From a virus: a stretch of DNA of 64,000 nucleotides. Shown here piece by piece: positions 51,201 to 60,317 of the stretch. A program made the translations under genes and the position numbers. The first letter of the stretch is position 1; every line of letters starts with the position of its first letter. The DNA lies in IMG/VR virus record IMGVR_UViG_3300010389_002125, positions 3,254-67,253 of that record, one strand, 5' to 3'. Under the pieces are notes generated by a model. The model made no database searches and had not been told where the DNA came from. It worked only from the letters and a program-made list of their open reading frames with translations.

Positions 51201-54200
51201 TAACTACTGGTTTTCCTGGTGAAGATAGAGCTGGTCTGGGTCCAAAAATAAGAGAGCCAGATATGGATTTCTTGAACGTTATGGATAAGATAAATGCAGA
51301 AACAAATCCATTAGCAGATTATGCTGCTTATTTTTCTGCTAACGAAACGTCAGAAGTTTTTAAGTCTTTATCTGAGAATAAAAGAAATGGTACTGGAATA
51401 TATGCACCTACTAATTATGTTAGAGGTAAAATTATTAATTTTTACGATGAGGCCTCTTTGTTTTACGCAGAGCCATCAGGTAGAAATGGTTCACCAGTTG
51501 TCAAGGCTGCGCTACCTTTAGCTAGGGCCAACTTATTTATTGGCCCTCACCTGCCGGTAGATACTACGGGTGGAGATTCAGGAGTCCCTGGGACCCGCTT
51601 GAGCGTACCAGTTGCTGAAATGAAACAATCTGGCAGACATCAGCAGATAGTTAATTTAGTGCCTAGGTATTCTGTGTCTGCTTTTTCTGATTTTACTGAT
51701 AGATATGAAATCTACGGCGGTGCAAATATATATAGAATGACTGGATACTATGAAAGTGTTGGTTATGACGAGCAGGATCAACAATTTTCAGATACATGGA
51801 CTAGGCTTATAGAAATAGAAAATCAGTTTCTTGGGGCAGATGAAGGTGAACAGGGACAAGATGATTATGTAGCAAGGCAAAGGTTGGTTTCATCTTCTGG
51901 TATCTTTAATTTTGATACGCCGTTAGCGCTTGAGCAGCTTCAGCAGGTGTCTTCAGATTTTACTCCGCTAGATGATTCCGTCCACATCAGCATGCCTTTC
52001 CCAAGTCTTCAAAAAGGTTTACCAAATCAAATATATGAAGAAACAGGTTTATTTGAATACTCTGAAACTTTTGACAGTATAGAAACTGGTCTGTTAAATT
52101 ATTCAAATATATACGATGAGTGGGGTTCACCTAAAACTCCTGAAGATGAGCAGTTCTATATAGCTATGAGATGGCCTTACGAGCCTAATGTAGATGATGC
52201 GGGTAAGCAGAAATTTAAAGATCAGTATGATATAAGTGAGTTTTATGGCACCGCAGAAGATTATAAGAATAGAAAAGTTTTAGTCTTTTCTCCAGGAACG
52301 GGAAGAGCTGTTGTTTGTAGGCCAGCATTTTTTCACTGGGGTACTAATCTGGAAGGGGTAAGCAGGACTGACGGCCTTGTTTCTCCCGACGCAGCTTATT
52401 ATTTAGGTATAATTACGGGAAATGGTTTAGGTAGCTCAAGTGGCTATAGGCCTGCGCCTCAAAATATGCCGTGCTATGTAGCTTTTGTTCCTGATGAAAT
52501 TCCCGTTGGTGTAATTTCTGACACAGTTTCACCCGTAAATACTTTCGAAATAGTAGGTGAACCCTCAAGATCCATAGACGATCAAGTTTATGCTAGTACC
52601 TTTGGTGAAAATCTTTTTGATCTAAGAAGAGTGCTTAGTACTGCAAATTTAAATGATCATGTAATAGGTTTTGGCAATTTCCATAATGCCGCCTCAGGTC
52701 CGCTACAAGCTTATGCTTCTGTGAACGACGCTTCAAACCGAATTGAAACTATTAATTCTAGATACGGAAGCCTCTCTGCTTATTCACCAACAGAAAGCAC
52801 TAGGTTGTATGATTCATCTTATGGACTCCAATATGGAGGCAATGCTTATCTTATAGGTCAAGGGGCAAGAAACTTTATAGATGCAGCTATTCAGGGGCAA
52901 TATGAGCTTATTACGCAAGACGCCTTAAGGCAAAACTTAGAAAGTGAAATAGGTGACATAAATCAAAGCAATGCTGACACACCTTCTGGAAGAATATCTT
53001 TTGCAACAGTTTTTGATGAAACAGATACAATATCTATTGATGCAAGAAAGTTTTATGATGAAGACTATTCTTCTGAGGTTCAGGTTATAGCAGGTGACGG
53101 AAGGACAGTTTATGACGCTCAGGAAATATGGGATCAGTTTAGGTATCAGTATCATGAGCTAGATAGCGTAAAAGCCATATTTACCCAAATGTATGGTTTT
53201 GATCCAGATTCAGATGAAGAGTTTCCAGATTTCTTTCAAAGTATTTTATCAGGAAGTAATGAATCTAAGTTTTTAGATTTATTTTCCGCTAGTGGAGGTT
53301 CTGCATTAGATGAGTTTTCTTTAATACTTGGCTCAGATTTTGTGTCGGAGCTTTATTCTGATCCAAGTGGCAGTGGTGATCAGTTGGTGGCTGACCGTAA
53401 TTTAGAGGAAGCTATAGAATATGCTAGAGAAAACTTTATTGACGCACCTGCATCTGAAGGCGGTATTATAGAGAGTATAAACTCTTTTCTAGTAAAGAGG
53501 TTGGAATTTGTTAGGGATAGATTTATAGTTAGTGACACTCTGCTTACTGCAGCACAGTCACAAATATCCACTATAGCAGCGAATAGCGCTGATTCGGAAG
53601 TCGATGATGCTGAGACACTCGAAACGGATCCGCTTGGTAGACCTATTGAGGGGCCAGGTTTTGGTAGAGGTACTGCAACTGGAAGCTATAGTGACTTGGG
53701 CACATTAATTACTACGCCTAAACAATTATTCTTGCTTATGGTAGCTTCTTTTAGGCAGAAGATGTGGGAGAATCCTTATGCAAGGGCATGGGTTGTTCTC
53801 AAGCCTGACTTGAGGATTGGTAAGCTTGGTCTTGGCGCTAGAGGTACTAGGTGGAGCCTTAAGCCGATAGATATTATATTTAGAGCATACATAGACCCTT
53901 ATGGCGATTATGCTGTTAATGACGACAAGTTCCTATCTCTTCTTGCCAGTACTAAGGGTGAGGGTAATAGTTCTGGAAATATGTTTGCATGGACGACTGA
54001 GTCTGTTGGAGATTTTTTCTCTCAGAATGTCGCTCCAATATATAACGCAATTGCGGATAGTTTAGATGGTTTACTTTCAGTATTTAAATTGTCTACTCAG
54101 CAAATGGGCTATGCTCTTCAGGAAGCGTCTTCTTTCAGAAGACATGCTAATGTAATGAATAAGGCTTTTAATGATTCCATTTACTATTCCTTAGGTAGAG

Positions 54201-56632
54201 AAGGCTCCCTTCTTAGGGGGGTTGATAATCCATTTACTAGGGAGTATGGAGAGCCAGTTCTTGAAGTTAGAGAACCTTTCCAAAAGCTTCATTACCTTAG
54301 CTCTTTTAGTCATATTTTAAATAATCAAATTCAAGAAAATCTAAACAATGTTGCCACAGTAATTACTGGTGTTTCTGACGGAAAATATCCAGTAACTGTA
54401 GCTTTAGACAAAGGTGCTCCAGCTGAAAGGCAGGTCGAGAAGACAATAGAAACAGGAATATATTTCGACAATGCTATAGGTACTGGGGTTCTGGGTATAA
54501 TACATCCGATTATGCATCCGTTTGAAACTTTTAGAGGGTTTAGCAAAAATGCTCAAGGTACACCAGATGAGTTAACGGCAAGAAGAATTGCTTTGGCACA
54601 CTTGAAGGAAAATATTAAAGATATATATCAAGGTGAACTTATAATTATCGGCAATCCCGATATAAGACCTCATGATTTAGTTTATTTATCAGATGTTTAC
54701 GAAAGAATGTATGGAATATTTGAAGTTGAACAGGTTGTTCACAATTTTACTCCTGAGTTAGGATTTACTACTTCAATTACACCCAATGCTCTAGTTACTG
54801 TTAATGATCCAGCTAGATGGTTTTTGACCTCATGGATACATTCGTGGTTTTCAAAGCAAGCTATAAGAAACGACGCAAGGGTTTTAATGGATAGAGCTAA
54901 AGCTGGGTCATCTGGTATGTCTCTCGGTGGTCAAGTTTCAATGGATAGATTGGCTCAAATACTAGAGCCTCAAATAGTTGGAGGACTTCAGTATACTCAT
55001 GGGTCAAGCGCTTTAGTTAAAGATGCAGTAGCTATGAAGACCGCTCAAGCAATGCCTGATGTCTCCAAGTCAATGACAGAACTATTGTCTTCAAACTCGA
55101 GCGGTGCCGGAGGCCTTGCTGCAGTCGGTAGCACAGCAACAGGTATGATCGTAGGCGGTATTGCGGCAGGTCTTGGGGCTGTTGCTGCTCCGTTCACAGC
55201 TGGAACAAGTGCAGCAATTGGGTTAGCAGTTTCTAGTGCCGTCACACAGTTGTCTTGGAAAGGTTGGTCTTGGGTAAGAGATAATCTTTTAGATCAGCAT
55301 GGATGCTATGTGCAGTACTTAAGTAAAAATGGTCAGCCAATGGACGCGGGACTATCTTATAATCAAGGCATGGTAGTAGGTAAGCATCATAGTAAGGCAC
55401 TCCTACCTGGTGTTCTTGGTGTTAGAAGAAAGGTTAGGACAGTTGACGGTCATGCTTACGTAAGAACTGATGACTTACTAAAGAGTATGGGTTGGAAAGA
55501 AGTTGAGATAGATAGTTTTGTAAGGTATGCCTCTTACGAGAACGCCTTAGTTCATGCAAGGGTTTTAAGATTAGCTGGGCTTTCGCCAGAGCAGGCATCC
55601 CTGTCGGATGCTTTTAGGGTTTTAGCTAGGGTAGTTGAAGTTAAGGGTGGTGACTATATTCGTGTTGAAGATATAATATCTGGATATGAGCTTGATGTTA
55701 AGTTAGATGGTATAGAGACTGAGAGAGTGAATGAGATAGGTCTTCGTGTAGATTCAGCTTTAAACACTACGGAGCAAAGTTTAATGCTCGCAGATGCAAA
55801 AGCGCCAGCTTCCAGATCTGCGCTGCATGTCGCAGATTCACTAAAAGACAAAATATTTATTGTAAGGATTAATGAAACAAGGTCTGGCTCAACAGCTAGT
55901 GTAAGCGAGGACTATGAGCCAGGTAGCTATGACAATAGAGTCGGTAACTATCAAAAAGATGGGGATAATACTTTGGGAACCTTGTTTTACCATTTCCCAA
56001 ATGATTGGATTTATTCGACTATTAGGCGGGTGTCTAACTTACTTAGAAATGCGAATGCTGGGGCATCGGTTGTCCCGTTGGAGAATTCCTCTTTCTTGGA
56101 TGAGGAAACAGCTGAAGCTATAGCTGAGCAACTTGACATTACGATTGAGGAAGTCTATGACTTGAATTGGTCTAATCTTCCTGGGGCTCCTAGCGCCCCA
56201 GTTTCTACGACATCTGACTTTTTAAGTGTATATAAGAGTTCTTTAGATACAGAGTCAGTTTTTTATTCTAGATTTGAATCTATTTATAGATCAATAGATC
56301 AGTATTTTACAGCGTATGATTTTTATGCACTTGCTCAAATAACATCGTCCGACATTTTGTATGATTTATCAGATGAGGGTAAAAAGCAATTTTCTAATAT
56401 AGTAGCTATGTCTCTTTTGGCTAAGCTTTATTCAACTGTTTCAGAGTGGCCAAGAGTTAGTTGGGATCAGTACCACGAAGATGGTGTTCCTTATTCTTTA
56501 AACTGGGAAATGGTTACTAAGAATTTGGCTGAAGTTAAAGTTTCAGATCTTCTTACCAAGTCGCCTTCTGTTATTAGCGCTGAAGAAAGAATTATAAGTA
56601 CAGAATATTATGTTCCAGGAATAGATTATTAA
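45221..56632 (+). CDS. 3803-aa multidomain baseplate hub protein (tube-like domains, gp27/gpD-like hub, RlpA-like DPBB insert, degenerate SNase-like C-terminus)
   Basis: Hub motifs LKPGVRVHLRAGYG...LFNGVITNV...ITAQS and YQGELIIIGNPDIRPHDLVYL...FEVEQVVHNFTPELGFTTSI; glycine-zipper segments; see findings. Confidence 0.75.
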   Translation: MSKINKESLIQSVSNDDTYDKLVEILTSSNHNVLLDFFLNGNYEGQSLGIGDGIETSFVGNGVLDIFDDELYSLISINKCISAAVRGTPSTESLTDDEVYSLYEEYWDFTYEYSLNFSEDSSLGIRTTLADFISGTGRSIPFDGQDPDYRLFCRIHFITQENLIFKSQNSAFVFAKLLLDRIYTWRQVVDEAGDLSDEELQQAIEDAEDISDSEYAAANSVVDSDEIFGILELYAAYSNSPSLDYGDVRQGLLRGLTDLVFVSGDPSPEDWQQFNMIFASSKISAISGLSADVKSNLFEFIEQSGLLQLAGYATSIGDFAKRRFASTANLDKLATDYVEAEVDVLWQSQAAIVINNLKNNPVMFASIQYYFPSLITYLVDALATIVDYSNNGQGGGLIEERQEEFIDSLEKAFGINTETGEAIFTLAFRAETTNNRISKALENSPFRQNNSPVNPDVFHLRLGAANFYVPPLTIDVNTQFKAGSLVGGAIRQRNTPKFNSGYRETNISMRLFFPNYEEIWGLSLDPNVPVDLSSDFEINFSADGDSDQKIDKFLSSLRGLVAAFKYSPILPVKSHYLNSVHGITGVCLQSISISTVPNFPFALAVDLNLLNFDHQAFLPMIKDFNQSVHWGKYRTYMGRAANHLHSYVNENFLIKTSDSKDDSEEAIDLSIYPEDPDVSFDDVEVVEFDQDILRTNVLDEWRNGNHLSLYVPAETQTKLFLPDTASFRSDQEDLHTDLHEPLWAQILERYGFDLNQSSTYGVSLSEARDLSLSKSYSMSSYELVKNSLDILTASVNSQDTASAIYSELVQGFIIENNSSLDDVRIDWLKQRNDGGSEAQDFSSYSDPGPWYFSGKVLSGPDGNYDLSQAKKLIWAVSNDSREYFEQLIDSEIQRIKTSTNVDYVDRSKIEEDIKRAFNVSLYERFFQNGFVQNLMEAVKDRSGSQRFNEWEVPMLKVDLDPSSVIIRGVSLTMGNNFAKMQVQMQDEPAYQFIGGRDTIVNMSMTVFGEAELIKIKRVFDHVSGLARLEHSTGVIGFLGIKNVITALSGVKYVIPMNYQVSTVPNYPHVYQVNLSLVDFDVFQQKREELSNKLQKEMVTEFMTKKNPFLRIKQLWGSFNSYPDFPLYVKDEEGNVVGNLDPDFYFRSFQMYDDDVIYNFTSEQPNIQSHNFDDGADRDIGTRAMYTYLVTSMESILRNYDELGSRGVASQLVDLASEVNMTKDEFVRTLRSVFSTHDVAIIRQENVLTNLFRIADESVETNIFLEDIGSAPFVVGDLSASDSSALDSIEAALAGEYSLSSDVYENEYGQTVQEVSFHPDYVDFHHVITLLNSVEQDEVDKGRVAAMLQTAMGIHFGYISRENGRFYFSSSGDTVTVQAEDQTSSRNLRPSYPKDIQTPDSAFSESDPAASGVPGVQPLHKYQNAYDGSEHAHWEKMMVDANYRDVSGRMLRAFPTYMLWLIDEGGYFAGVKLFDNFYGLQSIMDFSVVSSEDLLGDTLVFRVSNLYSKLTTPESNKIFNPNIGDGDGEELSLTEGLSGIVDLILNRSRNILSHMRHEYIVDVNNIRLKPGVRVHLRAGYGSNPNALQTLFNGVITNVEQGEIVTITAQSDAIELGAVVNSTNKNGDSGKIDGGVDTGLYMSEPRDLMIRLLSMGASRTREAIAHATKGVIFSENKFGIRHFGNMLYEPLNSQEGAKHDAIRSAMSEALLAVGNSDLNPLSMAADAAARTGAAAAGGVGLVTGNIPLAMRGFGYSMRGGAIGAIGQMIANLNSQIDFEIYKRNIYPGNGTGVAQFLGGDLDDGWTSTASIIPSENNSAVGSRVENDLGFVTDVSWNRLLESYQSGNYGPSNTLGVLTDGGEIYEQDSPVTSVGLATVGGAAIGGILGSIIPGAGTIAGAKIGSIGGGLVGVLSGKTGQNFFRTMGLLSANPDDDLPGFDEVSFRAQTYMRSVWDVFQTCARLLPNYIVAVRPFEDRSTVFYGKPHWLYTSGVVPVTTGFPGEDRAGLGPKIREPDMDFLNVMDKINAETNPLADYAAYFSANETSEVFKSLSENKRNGTGIYAPTNYVRGKIINFYDEASLFYAEPSGRNGSPVVKAALPLARANLFIGPHLPVDTTGGDSGVPGTRLSVPVAEMKQSGRHQQIVNLVPRYSVSAFSDFTDRYEIYGGANIYRMTGYYESVGYDEQDQQFSDTWTRLIEIENQFLGADEGEQGQDDYVARQRLVSSSGIFNFDTPLALEQLQQVSSDFTPLDDSVHISMPFPSLQKGLPNQIYEETGLFEYSETFDSIETGLLNYSNIYDEWGSPKTPEDEQFYIAMRWPYEPNVDDAGKQKFKDQYDISEFYGTAEDYKNRKVLVFSPGTGRAVVCRPAFFHWGTNLEGVSRTDGLVSPDAAYYLGIITGNGLGSSSGYRPAPQNMPCYVAFVPDEIPVGVISDTVSPVNTFEIVGEPSRSIDDQVYASTFGENLFDLRRVLSTANLNDHVIGFGNFHNAASGPLQAYASVNDASNRIETINSRYGSLSAYSPTESTRLYDSSYGLQYGGNAYLIGQGARNFIDAAIQGQYELITQDALRQNLESEIGDINQSNADTPSGRISFATVFDETDTISIDARKFYDEDYSSEVQVIAGDGRTVYDAQEIWDQFRYQYHELDSVKAIFTQMYGFDPDSDEEFPDFFQSILSGSNESKFLDLFSASGGSALDEFSLILGSDFVSELYSDPSGSGDQLVADRNLEEAIEYARENFIDAPASEGGIIESINSFLVKRLEFVRDRFIVSDTLLTAAQSQISTIAANSADSEVDDAETLETDPLGRPIEGPGFGRGTATGSYSDLGTLITTPKQLFLLMVASFRQKMWENPYARAWVVLKPDLRIGKLGLGARGTRWSLKPIDIIFRAYIDPYGDYAVNDDKFLSLLASTKGEGNSSGNMFAWTTESVGDFFSQNVAPIYNAIADSLDGLLSVFKLSTQQMGYALQEASSFRRHANVMNKAFNDSIYYSLGREGSLLRGVDNPFTREYGEPVLEVREPFQKLHYLSSFSHILNNQIQENLNNVATVITGVSDGKYPVTVALDKGAPAERQVEKTIETGIYFDNAIGTGVLGIIHPIMHPFETFRGFSKNAQGTPDELTARRIALAHLKENIKDIYQGELIIIGNPDIRPHDLVYLSDVYERMYGIFEVEQVVHNFTPELGFTTSITPNALVTVNDPARWFLTSWIHSWFSKQAIRNDARVLMDRAKAGSSGMSLGGQVSMDRLAQILEPQIVGGLQYTHGSSALVKDAVAMKTAQAMPDVSKSMTELLSSNSSGAGGLAAVGSTATGMIVGGIAAGLGAVAAPFTAGTSAAIGLAVSSAVTQLSWKGWSWVRDNLLDQHGCYVQYLSKNGQPMDAGLSYNQGMVVGKHHSKALLPGVLGVRRKVRTVDGHAYVRTDDLLKSMGWKEVEIDSFVRYASYENALVHARVLRLAGLSPEQASLSDAFRVLARVVEVKGGDYIRVEDIISGYELDVKLDGIETERVNEIGLRVDSALNTTEQSLMLADAKAPASRSALHVADSLKDKIFIVRINETRSGSTASVSEDYEPGSYDNRVGNYQKDGDNTLGTLFYHFPNDWIYSTIRRVSNLLRNANAGASVVPLENSSFLDEETAEAIAEQLDITIEEVYDLNWSNLPGAPSAPVSTTSDFLSVYKSSLDTESVFYSRFESIYRSIDQYFTAYDFYALAQITSSDILYDLSDEGKKQFSNIVAMSLLAKLYSTVSEWPRVSWDQYHEDGVPYSLNWEMVTKNLAEVKVSDLLTKSPSVISAEERIISTEYYVPGIDY

Positions 56633-56643
56633 GGTGGTAAATT

Positions 56644-58899
56644 ATGTTTAATGGAAACAATGTATCATCTAGTCAATCAATAGTATCTGAATTCTTTTCT
56701 AGAAATTATCCAAATGGACAAAGGATAATTAAAAGTACCACTGATTCTAGAGTTGGGGCAGCAGCAGGTAGGAAAACCTTAACTTCACAGAGTATAGAGT
56801 CTACAGTTTCTTTAAGTAATCTTTTTAGAGATCCTAGGTTTGTTTTAACTCAAAAGCCAAGACTTCTGCAGTCTAGTCTGAATAATGTTATTACAAGTGG
56901 AATAGAAACAGTATACTCACAAGGTGCTAGTATATCTGTAAAAGATCCCTCAGATCCTGAAGGGGTAAGGGTTTTAACTGGTGCAGCAGCAGCTAATCAT
57001 GTGTTTCTGAATTCAAGTGTTACCACTAATGCTTCCTATGATTTTATTTCAGGTGAATCAGCTTTCCTTAATCAGTTAGCTAATGCATCTTCTGATGTAG
57101 CTACAGCTGGTTATGTTTTTGGTTCCAATGGTGAAGCTTATCCTCATGGTAGTCATAGTTCAATCCCCAATGCTGGACAAGTTTCTGCAGGTAATAGAAT
57201 GGTATTACTAGAGTCTACATTTGGGCCTCAAGAAAAGGAATGGTATTTAGACAGAGCTAGAATGTTACAGGGTATGACCGGTTCAGATGGTACCCCTTCA
57301 TTTGGTTCTCCTTCTACACTAGTAAATGGTTTTGATTTTGATATTGAAAATGGAAGACAGAACATAAGTGTACATAGTACGTATGTACCTGGTTTTAGTT
57401 CCGCTAATGTCGATATTCCAGATAGCATTATTAATGCAAGTATGCAAAAAGCATACATTGCTCCAGTTATTATAGAGTTTATGATATATATGAATTCTGA
57501 TAATACAGATATATTCTTTGTTGGTAGTCCTGGAACTCAAAGAGCTGGAAATCCTGATCAACAAGGAAACAATTTTAGTCCACTTGAAGATGGTGACACT
57601 GTTTCTGCCCACGTAATGGGTAGAGCTTTAGATATTGGTGGTGTTACAAATAGAGACGGGACTAGGGGTAAGTTAGATTTTGCTCAGTCAGGAGAACCTG
57701 TTGAAGTTTACAGGGAGGCTTTAGAGATCTTTTTAGATGAGCTAAACACACTAGGTGCTACTAGACCGGATCTCATACCTGACCTTATTATGATACACGA
57801 TGACTTGGCGCCAATATATGGATTGAATTCAGGTGGCTTAGAAGATGCAGCTACCTATGTTAAGCAGCAGTATCCTAATCTTTTGTATGTTAATTTTGGA
57901 ACTGATGGAAGTCATAATAATCACATTCACATAAGTTTTGCCCCTCAAAGGTCTGGCGTCTACGTGGGTCCAGGTGGGGCATTAGGTGGTTCGTCTCAAG
58001 CTGATGCCGGAGGTGCATCTGTTGGCGATACTTCTTATTATTCCGATACTATTGTCGCTAGTCCTCAAATAGTTTTTGAAGTTTATGGAAATAGTGTTTA
58101 TACTAAAAATTATGCTACCACACCTTCGGATACTATAAGTAGAGAGCAACTCGTTAAATTGCTATATGCAACTTGTATGTCTTTAGAGGCCGCATGTCTA
58201 TTCGCTGCCGTAGTCACGAGAGAGTCAAATTTAAGGCCGTATGTTATAAACCCAAGAAGAAATGACTACTCTATAGGCTTATGGCAACAAAATATGCTTG
58301 CGCATGGTAGTAAAAATTATTATCTTCCCATCAACCCCAATGGTTCTGCTGGAGGTATCACAGAGGTTGGTTGGAAATTAGCTTATCAAAATTGGAATTC
58401 TATTGGTATGAATGCCTCAAATTTTGAAGCAAAATTGAGAGGCTTAGATTCTGGTTTTACTGATTCCGAACTTAAAGCTGCCGCCAATCCAGCTGTATGG
58501 GTACCTCTTAATCAAGCATATATGTTGTATACAACCATAACTAGCAGAATTGCCCCTCAAACATTTAGTGCGGCAGATAAGATAGCTACAAGTCCTGATA
58601 CAGGTTATATTTTTTCGCCATGGGGTGATTATAATAATGGACCTTATTATGGATGGATCAGTAATGTAAGATTCAAGGAGGCTTATGATTTATTTGTGAG
58701 CTTTGGACAGCCAGGGGCTGATCTTCAACAGTGGGTTCTTGATATGTTTGCAAGCAGTTCGGGATCTTCTAGTATATCAGCGCAGTATGCAAACCAGTGG
58801 GTGAACGGTTGGCAGTTCCCTTCAGATTTGGTAGATGGTTCGTGGGTTAATGGTGGCGATCCGTATCAGATCGATACTATTACTGAAACAGTAACTTAG
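56644..58899 (+). CDS. Virion-associated peptidoglycan hydrolase: M15-type Zn peptidase plus SLT/lysozyme-like transglycosylase
   Basis: SAHVMGRALDIG (H-x6-D)...HNNHIHISF (HxH); VVTRESNL (catalytic Glu)...SIGLWQQN...PLNQA...FSPWG. Confidence 0.8.
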   Translation: MFNGNNVSSSQSIVSEFFSRNYPNGQRIIKSTTDSRVGAAAGRKTLTSQSIESTVSLSNLFRDPRFVLTQKPRLLQSSLNNVITSGIETVYSQGASISVKDPSDPEGVRVLTGAAAANHVFLNSSVTTNASYDFISGESAFLNQLANASSDVATAGYVFGSNGEAYPHGSHSSIPNAGQVSAGNRMVLLESTFGPQEKEWYLDRARMLQGMTGSDGTPSFGSPSTLVNGFDFDIENGRQNISVHSTYVPGFSSANVDIPDSIINASMQKAYIAPVIIEFMIYMNSDNTDIFFVGSPGTQRAGNPDQQGNNFSPLEDGDTVSAHVMGRALDIGGVTNRDGTRGKLDFAQSGEPVEVYREALEIFLDELNTLGATRPDLIPDLIMIHDDLAPIYGLNSGGLEDAATYVKQQYPNLLYVNFGTDGSHNNHIHISFAPQRSGVYVGPGGALGGSSQADAGGASVGDTSYYSDTIVASPQIVFEVYGNSVYTKNYATTPSDTISREQLVKLLYATCMSLEAACLFAAVVTRESNLRPYVINPRRNDYSIGLWQQNMLAHGSKNYYLPINPNGSAGGITEVGWKLAYQNWNSIGMNASNFEAKLRGLDSGFTDSELKAAANPAVWVPLNQAYMLYTTITSRIAPQTFSAADKIATSPDTGYIFSPWGDYNNGPYYGWISNVRFKEAYDLFVSFGQPGADLQQWVLDMFASSSGSSSISAQYANQWVNGWQFPSDLVDGSWVNGGDPYQIDTITETVT

Positions 58900-58912
58900 T
58901 TAGGAGATTTTT

Positions 58913-59284
58913 ATGCCGGTTAACTATCCAAAATTTGACAAAAAGATACAAGAACAAATAGAGAGTTATAATTTTCAACAGTCTAAAACTAGATCTGGTA
59001 TTATAACCTCTGTTGACATAAGGTCAAATACTGCATCAGTGATGTTGGACAACCCACATACTGGAGAGATGGGAAGTGTATTGACTAGTGTTCCCTATCC
59101 ATCGTCAGAAGGTGTTCAAATGGTTGCACCTCTTTTGGGCACGCGTTGTCTGGTAGCTTTTAGGGGTAAAAATGAGTCAGAACCATATATATTATCGGTT
59201 TACGATTCTGCAAGTAATATGTTGAAAAGGCATTCTAAGAATAATGTTAAGACAGGTATTCCTAAATTTATGGTGGCAAAATAA
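58913..59284 (+). CDS. Baseplate spike OB-fold protein (gpV/gp5 N-terminal-like)
   Basis: GIITSVD...ASVML...VPYP...PLLGTRCLVAF...PYIL. Confidence 0.65.
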   Translation: MPVNYPKFDKKIQEQIESYNFQQSKTRSGIITSVDIRSNTASVMLDNPHTGEMGSVLTSVPYPSSEGVQMVAPLLGTRCLVAFRGKNESEPYILSVYDSASNMLKRHSKNNVKTGIPKFMVAK

Positions 59285-59943
59285 TGAGATACAGAAATAA
59301 TTTATCAAAGTTTGGTAATCAACAAAGATTTAATCTTTCAGCTAAAAATGAGATAAGAAGAAGAGATGAGTTTTCTGACAGGGAAGTTGGATTAACTCAT
59401 CCTGATTTATCTTCTTTCATAAGATTGAACGACGCTGGTGATATTGAGATTTTTGCTGGTCCAGAAGTTGGTATAATAATAAGTGCCAAATCAAATACTA
59501 TATCTTTTTTTGCGGACACTGTTAAAATTAACACTAAAGAAGATGGACTTAAGTGGAATACCTATAATTTCAACTACTCTGCAAATACATATAGAGAACC
59601 AACTCTTGTGAAAATAAATAAGAAGAGGGTACATTCGGCCATTAACAATGTTACTTTCTATCTTGATAATATTGGCAATCTAGATGAGGAAGAAATGCAA
59701 AACACTGTTACTATTAATAACGATTATGGCTTTTCGTCAGATTCACAAAGAGAAACTGTTCCTCAACAAAACTTAAAACCTAAAGTAGATTACTCTGGAT
59801 TGACAGAGGATCAAATAGGATTGCTTCAGGTTTATGTTAATGATTTTTCTAATGATCACATTAACAGAGTAATCAGTCTCGTTAAAGATGGATATTCGGT
59901 TGAGGAGTCACATAAGTTAATTTTAGGGCAGGGTTATGAGTGA
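59284..59943 (+). CDS. Probable spike beta-solenoid partner protein
   Basis: SFIRLNDAGDIEIFAG...GIIISAKSNTISFFAD short beta repeats; TAATG coupling to the OB-fold gene. Confidence 0.5.
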   Translation: MRYRNNLSKFGNQQRFNLSAKNEIRRRDEFSDREVGLTHPDLSSFIRLNDAGDIEIFAGPEVGIIISAKSNTISFFADTVKINTKEDGLKWNTYNFNYSANTYREPTLVKINKKRVHSAINNVTFYLDNIGNLDEEEMQNTVTINNDYGFSSDSQRETVPQQNLKPKVDYSGLTEDQIGLLQVYVNDFSNDHINRVISLVKDGYSVEESHKLILGQGYE

Positions 59944-60316
59944 TTTGTATTTCACGTTAAATGGTGATATAGCAATTGACGGTAATTCTGATTTGGCTGT
60001 TACAACTTCGTCTTTGCAGACTGATGTTCAGCAGGCTTATATTAGGTTAATGACTGAGCCTGGAGATTTTTATGTTTATCCAAATTTGGGCATAGACCTA
60101 AGCCCTTTGTATGGAATGCCGCAAAGGCCTAGTACTGGTGAGTTTGGTAAGAAGATTATAAGAGAAGGTCTAAAAAGAGAAGGTTTATTTAAGGCGAGGA
60201 ACATAAAAATCGATGCTGTCCCTACTGGTCCAGATAAAATAAGATTTGATATTCATATTTATTCAGATGTGGATCAGCCTGTAGTTTTATCAATTAGTCA
60301 AAGTTTAGGAGTGTAA
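59936..60316 (+). CDS. Baseplate wedge gp25-like (sheath initiator) protein
   Basis: GDIAID...QQAYIRLMTEPGDFYVYPNLGIDL. Confidence 0.8.
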   Translation: MSDLYFTLNGDIAIDGNSDLAVTTSSLQTDVQQAYIRLMTEPGDFYVYPNLGIDLSPLYGMPQRPSTGEFGKKIIREGLKREGLFKARNIKIDAVPTGPDKIRFDIHIYSDVDQPVVLSISQSLGV

Positions 60317-60317
60317 A

